The notes beneath the pieces were generated by a model. That model was not told where the DNA came from, searched no databases, and saw only the letters and a program-made list of their open reading frames with translations. The position numbers and the translations under genes are program-made. A DNA stretch of 64,000 nt from assembly GCF_032062105.1 (NCBI RefSeq), contig NW_026935947.1, positions 310,001 to 374,000 of the forward strand, read 5' to 3'. Of the stretch, positions 1-11,689 are shown piece by piece (within the stretch, counting starts at the first letter, position 1; every line of letters begins with the position of its first letter). Source of the stretch: Saccostrea cucullata (lineage: Eukaryota).

Positions 1-1577
1 TTTGATTAAAATTCCTTGGTTAATCAAGGTCCTAAGCCCTATATTTGGGCACATTTTAAATATTTACATATTTTTTGTTTTCATTTTAAAATTCTTATCA
101 AGAAATTTCTATCAACACGTGTATATAAAAAAAAATCAATGAGATCAAAGAACTTTGCGTATGTACATGCATGTACAAGTAAATGAACCACAATACTGCA
201 CCACTTAGAATGTTTCAGTAAAAAAGGGGGAAAAAAGGTATTTCTTGAATACACCTTTCACAACTGCAATTTGACCATTTAATTTTCATTAGCCATACAG
301 TGCCCATATTCAACCTACAAAGCAACATCGAATACACAGACAATATTTAAAAATTCACTTCGAATAATTGATACATTTACATCTAAAACTAATTACATTG
401 CTGTACTCAAGTTAAAAAAAAAATAATAACTGAGGTGAGTAACCAAACAAACCAAAAAAAATTACAACCAATGTCACTGATACCAAAATGTTATAAAAAG
501 AAAATCAAACATTAAAGTTGGATACAGTTGACTTTAGTACAAACCACCTTGCAGTTTTGGTCCTTGACACTCACCGACACATCTAGAAGAGTATATATAT
601 TGATTGTATGAGCTATTAAAGCCAGTATATTAAAGATTAATACTGATCAACTTGGTGCTATAAACGTTACAAAATCTTTTTTTTTTTGGATTAGCAAATT
701 GACAATCTGCAGAAGATGCCACATTTACACTCGAAACCTGGATTTCAACAGGTCAGTATTTACATTTCTACAAATATTGAAGTAGTAGTCCTTTAAAATT
801 CTACTTGTTTTCAATAATACTTGTAAATAATAAAACGGGTAATACTGAATATACATGTTTTGAGATTTACAACTAATAGACTGGGACTAAATATGAAGTG
901 ATTGCTAATGGAAGCTTTCCTATGAACAAAATATTAAATTACCTGGTAATATATCATAAATTAATATGGGCACCATTGTTAGCCATTTGTCATTCAATAT
1001 GTGTGATCAAATTAAACTGAACTTTGACTATTGAACAAAAAAAAAAACAACAAACAAACACACAACTTAGTCCTGCATCTGGGAAAAAAATCTCAAATTA
1101 TCTTCCTTTACAATGCCTAGGTTAAGTACAAACTGTTTATAACCTTTTCTTATAGCAGCACACATGAACAAATTTGCTTTGGAAAAAAAAAATTCCTTAC
1201 TTTGACACAAATGTAACCACTGTGTTTTGGAAGTCATGAATTTTAAAGTCCGACTGAACTTCTCGGTTTTTTAGCGACACTGTTAATATATTACACTTTC
1301 AACACCCTTAATATTTTTATAACTTCCTGACAATCGCTTTACAAACTAAACAGACTACACATTTTTTTAAGCACAGTATATCATGAGCTATCAGACTACA
1401 TCAAGATTGTCCATATCAAACTGTCATACATGAAATATTATCAGTGTTATACAGTTTAGTTCAATTTCTCTTAATACTTACATACCTAAAATATTATTGA
1501 CATGCCAAAGTAAATTGGAAGCCTCAACTATGTTTTCATATTTAAAGCTCAACATCTCTTAATTTCTCATACATGTA

Positions 1578-1764
1578 CAGTGGACCTTCAGATATCTGGA
1601 CGCCAGATATCCAGATGCTTCAGTATCTGGATGATTTTTCATCGGAACGGAATTTTTTAACGTCATTTGTCTTGTTTTACGGGTGATTCAGGTATGCGGA
1701 CTACTTCACATATCCGGACAAATTGACTAGGAACCAAAGCGTCCAAATAAATGAGGCTCCACTG
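1578..1764. mobile_element. Tc1/mariner-type MITE
   Basis: CAGTGGA...TCCACTG inverted termini flanked by TA on both sides; no ORF. Confidence 0.7.
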
Positions 1765-3071
1765 TATATTTAAAAGTTATATCTAAACATTTTATAATGT
1801 ACTTAATAAGTTCAGGATATCTCTCTTTTAACAGAGTTTGCTATCTTGAGCTGCATTTGTAAATAAATGTACTACATAATTTAACATTCATGTTTCATAC
1901 ATGTTTTAAATGTCAAAAAATAAACAACATCAAAAGCAAATGCTTCTCCTTCTCAAAAAAGCATTCATTTCCTCATTAAAGCACAACATTCAGCCTTTAC
2001 GTGGCACACTGGATGGAATTAATTAGCTTAATTATTGTACACATACATATATAGTACATGTACTGTAGAGTATCATTTGTATCATATATCTTTGAAACAT
2101 TAACCCAACTTTTATCATAACCACCCCCAGAACCCCACTCCACCCCCTCCCCTCCCCCAGATCTGTAATAAATCTAAATTTATATCCTAATTTCAAACTA
2201 GTAACTTAACCCCCACACAAGATCTGTAATGAATCTAAACTTGTATCCTCATTTCAAACTAGTAACTTAATCTGTATGTGTTTAAAGAGTTGAATGCTTC
2301 CTCAAAAAATACATGTACAATGTTAAGAAAGTTTTGTTTTATTCTATTTCTCGCTTTCCTTCATATTCTTTCTTTCCGCTTTGCTACATATTCTTCCTTT
2401 CCGCAGGAAAAGCGATTATACGGAGCAGGAAATAATTACAAATCTCACACTTCATAAAATTTGCAGTTTTTCAAAAAATACATTAAATGGAAGACAACAT
2501 TAAATCACAGGGGTAAAATACTTCATATCTTCAAACACATTTGAAGATAACTACAGTATCTAAATCCTAAAGCAAGGCTCAGGCAGTAATTGAGTAGGAA
2601 ATGAGCATACATGTTATGAAAAAGGAATAAACTTAACAAAAAGAAATTTCAGCTGGTTGTTCAATCTCAACAAATACTTGAGACAGTTAAGAAAAAAAAA
2701 AACAACTTAACAATTAAATCCAGTCACAAGATTGGTCCCAGTAAAATAAGAAGAAACAATATTATGCAAGTATAAATCTCAAGAATGATCACTGTGGAAA
2801 GGTAAAAATGTGGAATGAGTTCAGAAAAAAAAGAGTTAAGAAAAAGATAAAGGTAAACCAGAAGTCTGACATTTTAGTGAATTATAAAATAAATATTCGC
2901 AGTTTTAACAATAAAGCACACAGAATGGATTTTACAACAGTTTTAAAACAACACTCTTTTGTTAAAGTCCTTTGTGGATTCCTATCTATATAGCATGTCG
3001 AGATCCTCATTTTGTGTGAGTTCTGGTGTTATGTCTGTGTTACAAGCATATTCTGACATTATGACCCAGTC

Positions 3072-6000
3072 CTACGTGTTTTCTGATGTTTTTGCGTCGT
3101 GTTCGAAGTGTTTGTAGATGGAGGTCACGTAAGCCATAACGGCCTGCCAGTCAGGACGCTCCATGGCTACCATGTCTCCAATGTTCTGTAAAAGAGTCAA
3201 TATGAAAGAAAACGTACACAAATGTATTTATCATAAATATCCACCACAGATGATACCAAGTCACCTTTTAATGTTTTATCATATTTAATAATCAAAGTTT
3301 CACAATTGATTGTTCAGAATCATACAGATTTATTTCAGCATTACAGTGTTATATCAGATGCAGAGCTGTATCATGTGTTAATGTTATGATATTGTGAGTT
3401 TCATCTAAGATACCCGAGCCTCATTAAAACTTTTTACAACATACCAATATAGATGAGGAGATACCAACTCCCTCTGCAGCCTCAAAGGCAAGGGTAAAGT
3501 TCCTTCTCTGGAAAGTAAATAAATATATACAGTACTATATTTATATGATTTTAGAATTCCAGTTCTCCAAAATAAATTTTGAAGAGAAACTGTAATCAAG
3601 CTCTGGAAACTGAACAACTCCTAGTTATGACCTTGTTTAACTTTTACACTTTTTTCACCTACAATCACTGAAACTGACCTTGATCTTTCAGAAAAGAAAA
3701 CCTTGAGTCAAAAATTTTAAAGTGAAGTACATATAAACCTAACATGTTCATCTATTAGAAGGTTATGCATCAGACACAAGTTTAAACATTTTCATTTTTC
3801 ACTCCAGACTCAAGCAAGGACTGAATCCTTATCTAGATTAAATATTTCAGTGGAGATACAGTTTACAAAAAATGTCAATAAGTTTAAATACCTTGTCCTC
3901 AGTGTTCAGCTCTGCAAATGGAATTTTGTCTGGCAGGTAGCTGTGGAGAAGTGCACAAAAAGCCAGACCGTCATTCCAGCTGCTACTAAAGTTGGTAATG
4001 TCTACATTCTGTCACAAAAAAAAGAGGAAAATTATGAAAATTATCATATAATTAAGCTTCAATGAACCTTATATTTATTGTGAGGGCATATTACTATAAA
4101 ACAAAAAACTTCTGCAATTTCCTGCACTTCTAAACTTACACTGTATTTGACAGTCTTCTGCTGACACCACTTCAGCAGGGCATTGCGTTTAGATCCGCCC
4201 ATCTGTTTTGCTAAGACAGCCAAAGGATCCTTTGTGCCTGAATCCTTTCTCTCAGGTTCCATACTGGGAAAAAGGAAATTAGAAAATGTTAAACAAGATT
4301 CAATAACATTTTTTTTTCTTACTGAACAAATGCTGAACAAAACATTTATGGAAATAACAAAGAAACAAGGATATATTTGTTTGCACATTGCTAGGTTCCA
4401 ATACATGTATTAGGATTTCAAATGATTTGCAAGTACTAAATCAAAATGCTATTCTCATCATCAGATTTTTAAAAATCTGAATGAAAAATGTTATTAATCA
4501 GAAGAAAAAAAATTGAGAATACAAATTCTATACTTTATTAAAAAGACAGTCATTTTACATTTTTAACCCCCTACCTTACACCACTGCTCCTCCTTTGTGA
4601 ATTCCTGGACAATATGGAGGTCAGGGAAGGAGAAGAATCATTCTTAACAACAGGGGGTGCAGATTTCGGGGAGGAATCTATCGGAGATCGGGGCGGGTCA
4701 AAACTCAGAGACCCCACTGAATGTCTGAGGGGTGAGGGTTTCTCCACCTGTTTCCTCAGCACTGACCGCAGGGCCACCTCGGGGGAAGCTGAGGAGGAAA
4801 ACACGGATGGATTTTCGGAGATGGGGGAACTTGGGGATTTCACAATGTTATGCAGACAGGGGATGCCCTGCACAGTTTCATCCATGGAACAGTCAGAATT
4901 TCTCCTGGAATTGCATGTACTGGAATGAATTGAGGAGCAACCACTTTTAACTTGTTCCTCTATGGAGCGTATTAAGGATTTCACTGATTGGCTTTGTGTC
5001 TTAGGGTCAGTGCGTTTGTCTCTCAAGTTAGCTAACTCCCTTCCTACTGAATTTAACATCTTGCCCTTGAGTTCTGCAGAGGATAATATGGATTTCGGAG
5101 TTCCGTCTGTACTTCTGTGGAGTTTCAGCCTGTCAACTTCTTCCAGTAACTTTTTGTTTTCGTCCGTCAGCACGCGACATTTTTCTCTGTATGTAGAATT
5201 TTCCTGCTGAACCTTTTCCATGTCTTCCTGTGTTTCTGCTCTGAAGTTATTCGCCACTAGAACTGCCACCTGCAAATACAGTTCAAGTTAAGATAAAATC
5301 AAATCAATCACACTCAACCTCACAATTCTTATTGTAAAACTTTGCACACATATTATTGCCCTACCCTACCTCTTGGAAGAGGGGAAACTGCCAGTTAACC
5401 TTTGAAGCCAATTAAAAGTTCCAAAAGATAATTTAAAAGATTTACAAGCTTTTTCAACTAATGGTAAAAGCATTATCTGTTCTTCATTATCACATACAAA
5501 ATCTCCTCACCTGTAGATCTCTCTGGAACTGCGTCCACTCCTCTGACTCTTCAGTATGACGACTCTTCAGCTCCATGATCTCCACCTCCAGCGTGGCCTT
5601 CTCCTGCTGTAGGGAGTGATTCTTCTCCTTAGCCTCGCTCAACTGAGTCAGTAACTCGTTCTTCTCCTCCTTATATTTATTGCAGTCGTGCTTGAGCTGC
5701 TCTATGTGCTCACGTATATTGCTGAGCTCTGACGAGCTGTCCGTTTTGCCTTTCTCTAGTTTTTCCAGCTGGTACTTCAGATCCTGGATTTCAGTCTTGG
5801 CATTGTTCTTGCACACTTTCAGTTCCTCTTCCTTGGCAGTGAGCGATTCCTTCCCTCTACCCAGCTCACACTGAGCATGCTGGAGGCTCTCCTTCATGTC
5901 TGCTAACTTGCTCTCCAACTTGTCTTTCTCCTGCCTTGTGTTGTGAAGAAGTTCCTCCAATTCAGAATGACTGTCTGCTGCTTTGCAATATTGCTCCAAT

Positions 6001-7604
6001 TCCTGCACTTTTGATTTTTCATTTTCTAACAAGGTTTTCAAATGGTCCATTTCGATTTTTTCATTGTCAATGGTTTTCTTTTGATCAGATATAGTTTTCT
6101 CACAGATTTCTTTCTCCGACTTTAGCGAGTTCAATTTATCTTCCATTAATTGCAACTTGTCTTTATTTGTATCGCACAACTCACCCAACTCCCTACACTC
6201 GTTCTCCCTAGCATTCAAAATGTTCACAAGCTCTGTCTGCTTACATAAGAATTCCTCTCGTTCATCCTGAGCACCCTTTAACAGTTCCAGCAATTGTTGC
6301 TCCCTTTCTGATCGCTCCGGAAAATTCCCACTGATAAGAAGAGATTTCAACTGTTCAATCTGTACTCGACAGTGTTCCAATTTTTCGGTTTGAGTACACA
6401 AGGATTCTAAAAGCACATACTTTTGGTCAAGAAGTTTTTCATTTTCTGCATTCAGTTCATTAACACTTTGCTGAAGATCTCCCAGCTCCTGCAAGGTTGC
6501 CTGTAGTTCCTCGTTTGTACTGTAATGAGTCTCTTCCATCTGCAGAATGCGCTCTGTTAGACATGCTACGGAAATCTCACTTAGAGCGTCACTGCTCTTG
6601 TTGCTTCCCTTTTCCCATTGGCTGTTTTCCAGAGAGAACTCCTGGTCCGCCAGGGACAGAATGGGTTCGGAGGCTGCCGTGGAAGCCGGTCTGTCGGTCC
6701 CCTCCCCCTTACAACTGATGGATCGCCCCCCTCGGGCTTCATCTGTGTCCAGACTATCACAGCTCTTACTTTTTGGAAAGCTACTTTCACTCGATTCCAT
6801 GTTTTTCTTGGCATTCTTTTCTTGTAAAATGGACAGTTTTTCAGTGTCTGTGATTTGTTCCACTGGATAACCTAATTCTTGTAACTGTTCCCGCAGAAGT
6901 ATATTCTCTTTCCTTAGGAATTCAAGTTCATCTTTGATATCATGTGTCGGTATTTGCTCCTTCAGACGTTTGGTTTCATACCTGTATTTCTCTATTTCAG
7001 CTTTCCTATTTTCTGCAACTTGTATCAATTCTGAAATTCGCGATTCTTTTTCTTTCTTGTCTTTCTCAAAGTTAGCCAATAATTCGGCATTGTAAGCCAT
7101 GACGTCTGCAGGAGCAGACGTTCTTTTTCTAGAAGACTTATCCTTACTCACATTGTGAGAACTATGTGCCCGTTTCATGGCCGAACTTTTCGCACTTGTG
7201 CTTCTTGGCGTCAATGCCCCTGTCTTGTCCAACTGTTGCGTGCTGGAAGCTTTCCGAATTGTTGACATCCCTCCAGATTTCACTGGTTTTGGTTTCAGGA
7301 AAACATTGTCTTTTCCTTTCGTCACCAAGTTTTCCTTATTGCTTGAGCCTCCCTTTGTAATTCCTAAACTAGACTTGGGCCGATGTGGAGGATCAGCTAG
7401 GGTGGCCAACTTCTTTTTCTGATGACTGGACAGATTTTCATGGCTTTTGCTCAGGTAAGTCTTTCCCAAAGGTGAAGCCGCAGGTTTAGGCACCAGCGTT
7501 CCTTTCTGATGGGAACTGAGACTGGAATTTTCCGACTTCGACTCCTTCATGTGGAAGGCCGTCACCGCCTTGATGGGTGTGGAGGTCCGTTCCTGCCTCT
7601 TCAT
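3072..7604 (-). CDS. SPECC1L: Cytospin-A / SPECC1-like coiled-coil protein with C-terminal calponin-homology domain (about 1068 aa, spliced)
   Basis: Exons with GT-AG borders and consistent phase: 7604(ATG; acceptor at 7651)-5511, 5269-4575, 4263-4140, 4008-3892, 3507-3445, 3185-3072. Family motifs: [119 protein letters not shown]. The start codon is inferred. Confidence 0.92.
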
Positions 7605-8863
7605 CTTCTCATGGTAGAAAACGTATCCCTGGGCCTCATCCACCGAGTTTCCTACAGACACAAAATGTTGACAGTTATAAATCACAACATGGTCGCACTC
7701 CATCATGTTTATAATCCTTAGAAACACTAAGGAAAACCTCAACAATCTTTCAAATATATACAAGTACCAGCACGGGCGAGATTATCCCCACTTAAACAAA
7801 TGCTTCACAAATTCAGAAAAACGTAAGTCCATCATAATTTGAAATTATTACTCAGAAATTCAGCATGCGCTTCACATAATATCCCTTGTTCTAGCGAGTA
7901 CATTTAACACCGAGAGTCAGTGTGGGTTGTAATGTGTTATATCTTCCAACATGAACAAAGTACTTGTTATAATATAGTACATATATAAACCTTGTGACTC
8001 AGCAGCTAGCCACCACAAAACCTTGCATATATCCGTACACAAGTTTAAGAACTTCATACAAACAGAAACAAACTGCTACAGTACTACAATAAATCAGTCA
8101 TGTGAGCTGTGTATTCAACTATTTGAACTTTATTTATAAAAACTTCCCTAAAATGATAATGTTGGCAAATACGAGAGTCCCATTGATTGCACTTCACAAT
8201 AATTTATGACATTTTTTCTGAAAATTAGTTTTATGATATATGTACTACATGTAAATCAATTAAACCTGCAGTGCTATTTAAATTATGTACGTATGATCAT
8301 GGTGATATTAAGTGTTGTTTAAATCTCGTAAAAACTTTCTTCCCTTTTGAAACACAGGTAGCCGAAAACAAACTTATTTCACCTGTTATCATTTTCTCCT
8401 TAAATTATAATTCTACATTTTACTAGCAGTTACTGACACTGCCTATTTTAAAATATACTGTAACTGATCTTTATCCTTTTTCATATTGAATATTCACTCT
8501 GAATTTCCCTTTATTCTCAAACCGAGCCCTTTCTTCCTGTGTCATAGTCCACAAAGTTAAAATAGGAAGTATTTCAACTAACAAAAGCTTTCATATTAAC
8601 CCTTAATTACCTTTATACACCTAGTGATTAAAACAAATATACATAAATTTTTGAAAAGCATGCTATCTTTTTATGCTATTTACTACATTAAATTTCAGCC
8701 TCATGTTGAAATTTAGTTGCATTTTTCTTGCATGTCAATCAGGATTTAACCAACTCATAAATGTCATAAAACCCGATCTGCTATACACAGATGAAGTTTT
8801 TTCTACTTCAAGATTAGACTGTCAATTTATTTTGCCTTATTATATTTACCCAGCATGATATCA

Positions 8864-9068
8864 TGTTGTGAATTATAAACATAAGTGCTTTTCTTATTTA
8901 CCTTTGTCAATATAATCATGTTTATGTAAGTGACTTTTGCCGAACTATGACGTCACAGTACTATGACGTCATAGACGTTACTATAACGTTATGTTATATA
9001 CTTGTTGAGTTTCAAATAAACCACTATACGGTTCAGATGTGTTTTCTGTGAGTGCTACAATCTTGACA
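8864..9068 (+). repeat. 5' LTR
   Basis: Direct repeat of 11485-11689; two TGACGTCA sites, TATA-like TTATATA, AATAAA at 9015-9020. Confidence 0.95.
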
Positions 9069-9069
9069 T

Positions 9070-9087
9070 TGGTGCCGTGACCAGGAT
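9070..9087 (+). promoter_or_regulatory. Primer-binding site complementary to the tRNA-His 3' end
   Basis: TGGTGCCGTGACCAGGAT is the reverse complement of ATCCTGGTCACGGCACCA, the recalled invertebrate tRNA-His 3' end plus CCA; it lies 1 nt after the 5' LTR. Confidence 0.85.
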
Positions 9088-9095
9088 GAGGAGAG

Positions 9096-11225
9096 ATGAC
9101 TTCTAAGCTGAAGGCAGTAAGAGCAGGACAGAGAAGTGCTGTAACCAGACTTCTAAAAAGACTGGATGAAGAAAATGAAGATGCAGAGGAAATTGAGGCA
9201 ATTTTGGAGACATTAAGGGACAAACAGGAAATTCTTAGAGATCTGGATGAGAAAATTCTAACAGAAACAGCAGAGGAGGATATTGAGAGAGAAATACTTG
9301 ATTCAGATGAGTATAATTTCAATCTTAATTCTAAAATGAGAAAATTTAAGAAACATCTGATAGTTCATCGTTCAAATTTGAATCCATCAGCCAACATTTA
9401 TTCAAACCAGAATGACAATTCACAAATTGAAGAAAACAGTCAATCAAGAAACAATTTGAGTGAAAATTCAAGAACTCCTCAGTCCCTTACAAGCTTTCAT
9501 TCAAATCCAAACAGTGGTAACTTTCACAAACTACCAAAATTAAACTTACCCATTTTTGAGGGAAATGTGTTGGAGTGGCAGTCATTCTGGGATTCGTTCG
9601 ATTCGGCTATTCATAGCAACAACACGTTGACAGAAGTTCAAAAGTTTAATTACTTAAAGTCTTTAGTAGCAGACGAGGCATCGAATACCATTTCAGGATT
9701 TGCACTCACACATGCAAACTACAACAGAGCAATTGAGCTTCTACATGAAAGGTTTGGGCAAAAACATAAGATAACTCAGTCTTACATGCAAGCACTCTTG
9801 GACCTACCCACTCCCAAGAATAATCTCACAAGCCTGCGTCATTTTCATGACCAAGTGGAGACATATGTCAGAGGTTTAGAATCCTACGGACAAGCTGAAG
9901 ATACATATGGTTCGCTTCTAGTACCTGTGATTCTTAACAAATTACCTTGTGAATTACGCAAAAATTTGGCACGCGAGCATGGATCTACCGACTGGTTACT
10001 AGGTGACTTGAGAAAGGCTCTATACAAGGAACTTGACATACTAGAAGCAGGAACTCATATGGACACAACAGAAGACCGTGTTACAGCTATTTTCTACATG
10101 CACTCAGAATCCAGTGATGAGCAATCACAACGGAACTACAGTCCTCGGAATCATCGAGTATGTTGTGCATTTTGCAGGGAGTCACATCATACAAGTAGCT
10201 GTACAAGATACACAAAACACAATGACCGGATGAAAATTGTCAGACGAGACAAACTGTGCTTTAATTGTTTAGGGAGACATCGTGTTACAGACTGTCAATC
10301 CAAATCCAATTGCAAAATCTGCAAAAAACGTCATCACACAAGTTTGTGCACTGCTCATAATGCAGTCAAAACCAATACGAGGAATACCCATGGATCACAA
10401 GCAAAGGCTGAACTGGATGCAAAGACCAGGGAAATCAAGAATCTACAGGATGAAATCAAGAACTATAAAAGTGTCATTGCTACATTAGAACAGCAGATAA
10501 CAGCACAGAGGATTTTGACTGAGAAAACCATGAAGGATGTAAACATTTTACATACCCAGTTTGCAAAGCTTCAGGCCAAATTTCATGCACAGTCAATTGC
10601 TACAAAGCAAATGACAAATGAGAATCAAGCTGAAGAGTTGAAGAAAAAAGAAGTTGAAGTTAATACGCTCACACAGGGGATACAACGACTCAAATCATCA
10701 AGAGAGACACCTGGTAGGAAACTTCAGCAAGTGGGCGGAAATATTCATTCAGATGTACAACAGCAGAGAGAAACTCCAAGAGATCAAATTACTGGTTTGA
10801 AGATGGAATCAGAGATATCCAAGAAACTAGATAACGTTCATAAGAATAACCTAGAACAGAGGTACAGAGAGGAGACCCAGGAAAAGATAAACATCATCAA
10901 CCAACTGGAAAAGGAACGAATCCGCTACACCAAAGAGGCCAGCAATCCAACTCAGAATTACGCAGACTATAACAAAGTTCATGGCATGCAGATTGTTGAC
11001 TTCAAGAGGATTTCCAAGGATGACACCAATATCAGGCAACAGGAGAAAACATTCAAAACTTTCAGAGATGTCGAGAGGACATACAGTCAGAACCTCATCG
11101 ACTCACGGGATGAGATCGCAGAGATGAAGAGGAAGGTGAAGATTATGGATCATCATATTGATCAGCATAAGGAGCAAATTCAAGCCAAAGAGAATGCATT
11201 CATCAAGGAGTACTTCGGACATTAG
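9096..11225 (+). CDS. BEL/Pao Gag (DUF1759-type core, three Cys/His knuckles) fused to a CFAP58-like coiled-coil fragment, 709 aa
   Basis: KLPKLNLPIFEGNVLEWQSFWDSFDSAIH...QKFNYLKS Gag core; knuckles CAFCRESHHTSSC, CFNCLGRHRVTDC, CKICKKRHHTSLC (10164-10349); aa ~436-709 resemble CFAP58/CCDC147 (QLEKERIRYTKEAS, YSQNLIDSRDEIAEMKRKVKIMDHHIDQHKEQIQAKE). Confidence 0.88.
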   Translation: MTSKLKAVRAGQRSAVTRLLKRLDEENEDAEEIEAILETLRDKQEILRDLDEKILTETAEEDIEREILDSDEYNFNLNSKMRKFKKHLIVHRSNLNPSANIYSNQNDNSQIEENSQSRNNLSENSRTPQSLTSFHSNPNSGNFHKLPKLNLPIFEGNVLEWQSFWDSFDSAIHSNNTLTEVQKFNYLKSLVADEASNTISGFALTHANYNRAIELLHERFGQKHKITQSYMQALLDLPTPKNNLTSLRHFHDQVETYVRGLESYGQAEDTYGSLLVPVILNKLPCELRKNLAREHGSTDWLLGDLRKALYKELDILEAGTHMDTTEDRVTAIFYMHSESSDEQSQRNYSPRNHRVCCAFCRESHHTSSCTRYTKHNDRMKIVRRDKLCFNCLGRHRVTDCQSKSNCKICKKRHHTSLCTAHNAVKTNTRNTHGSQAKAELDAKTREIKNLQDEIKNYKSVIATLEQQITAQRILTEKTMKDVNILHTQFAKLQAKFHAQSIATKQMTNENQAEELKKKEVEVNTLTQGIQRLKSSRETPGRKLQQVGGNIHSDVQQQRETPRDQITGLKMESEISKKLDNVHKNNLEQRYREETQEKINIINQLEKERIRYTKEASNPTQNYADYNKVHGMQIVDFKRISKDDTNIRQQEKTFKTFRDVERTYSQNLIDSRDEIAEMKRKVKIMDHHIDQHKEQIQAKENAFIKEYFGH

Positions 11226-11484
11226 AGTAAAGAGAAAGACGATTTCTTGTGAGACTTTGTTCATATACGTGATGGTACCAAACTCAAAGACATAGAGGAA
11301 ATCCAAACTTAAATCTAACGGAGGAGCGTTACATTTCAAGTGACATTGCGAGTAACTTTTCGAGGATTTTTATTCATCTTTCATTCAAATTTCCTTTTAT
11401 TTCTTGGTCCAAGGACTTACTCAATTCGTACTTTGGTGGGCCGGAGAATGTTGTGAAATATGGACACTTTGGTGGGCCGGAGAA

Positions 11485-11689
11485 TGTTGTGAATTATAGA
11501 CATAAGTGCTTTTCTTATTTACCTTTGTCAATATAATCATGTTTATGTAAGTGACTTTTGCCGAACTATGACGTCACAGTACTATGACGTCATAGACGTT
11601 ACTATAACGTTATGTTATATACTTGTTGAGTTTCAAATAAACCACTATACGGTTCAGATGTGTTTTCTGTGAGTGCTACAATCTTGACA
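11485..11689 (+). repeat. 3' LTR
   Basis: Direct repeat of 8864-9068, followed by the TSD TATCA. Confidence 0.95.

Larger units (their letters stand above)
8864..11689 (+). mobile_element. Non-autonomous BEL/Pao-type LTR retrotransposon (gag only, carries a captured host gene fragment)
   Basis: 205-bp TG...CA LTRs at 8864-9068 and 11485-11689 with one mismatch (8878 A / 11499 G); TATCA TSD at 8859-8863 and 11690-11694; PBS 9070-9087; purine-rich tract before the 3' LTR; no pol ORF. Confidence 0.95.

Noticed and set aside
2159-2270. ~61-bp tandem duplication in the SPECC1L 3' region
   Set aside because: Ordinary local duplication with no further structure
4614-7721. Several plus-strand ORFs overlapping SPECC1L exons
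   Set aside because: Antisense shadows of coding exons
7605-7763. N-terminal extension of the 757-aa ORF
   Set aside because: It runs through a good acceptor (TGTCTGTAG at 7652-7660); the upstream part is probably intron and starts at a non-ATG codon
10401-11225. Coiled coil captured from the neighbouring SPECC1L gene, or an env gene
   Set aside because: No visible similarity to the SPECC1L exons; no signal peptide or TM segment; the motifs fit CFAP58 better
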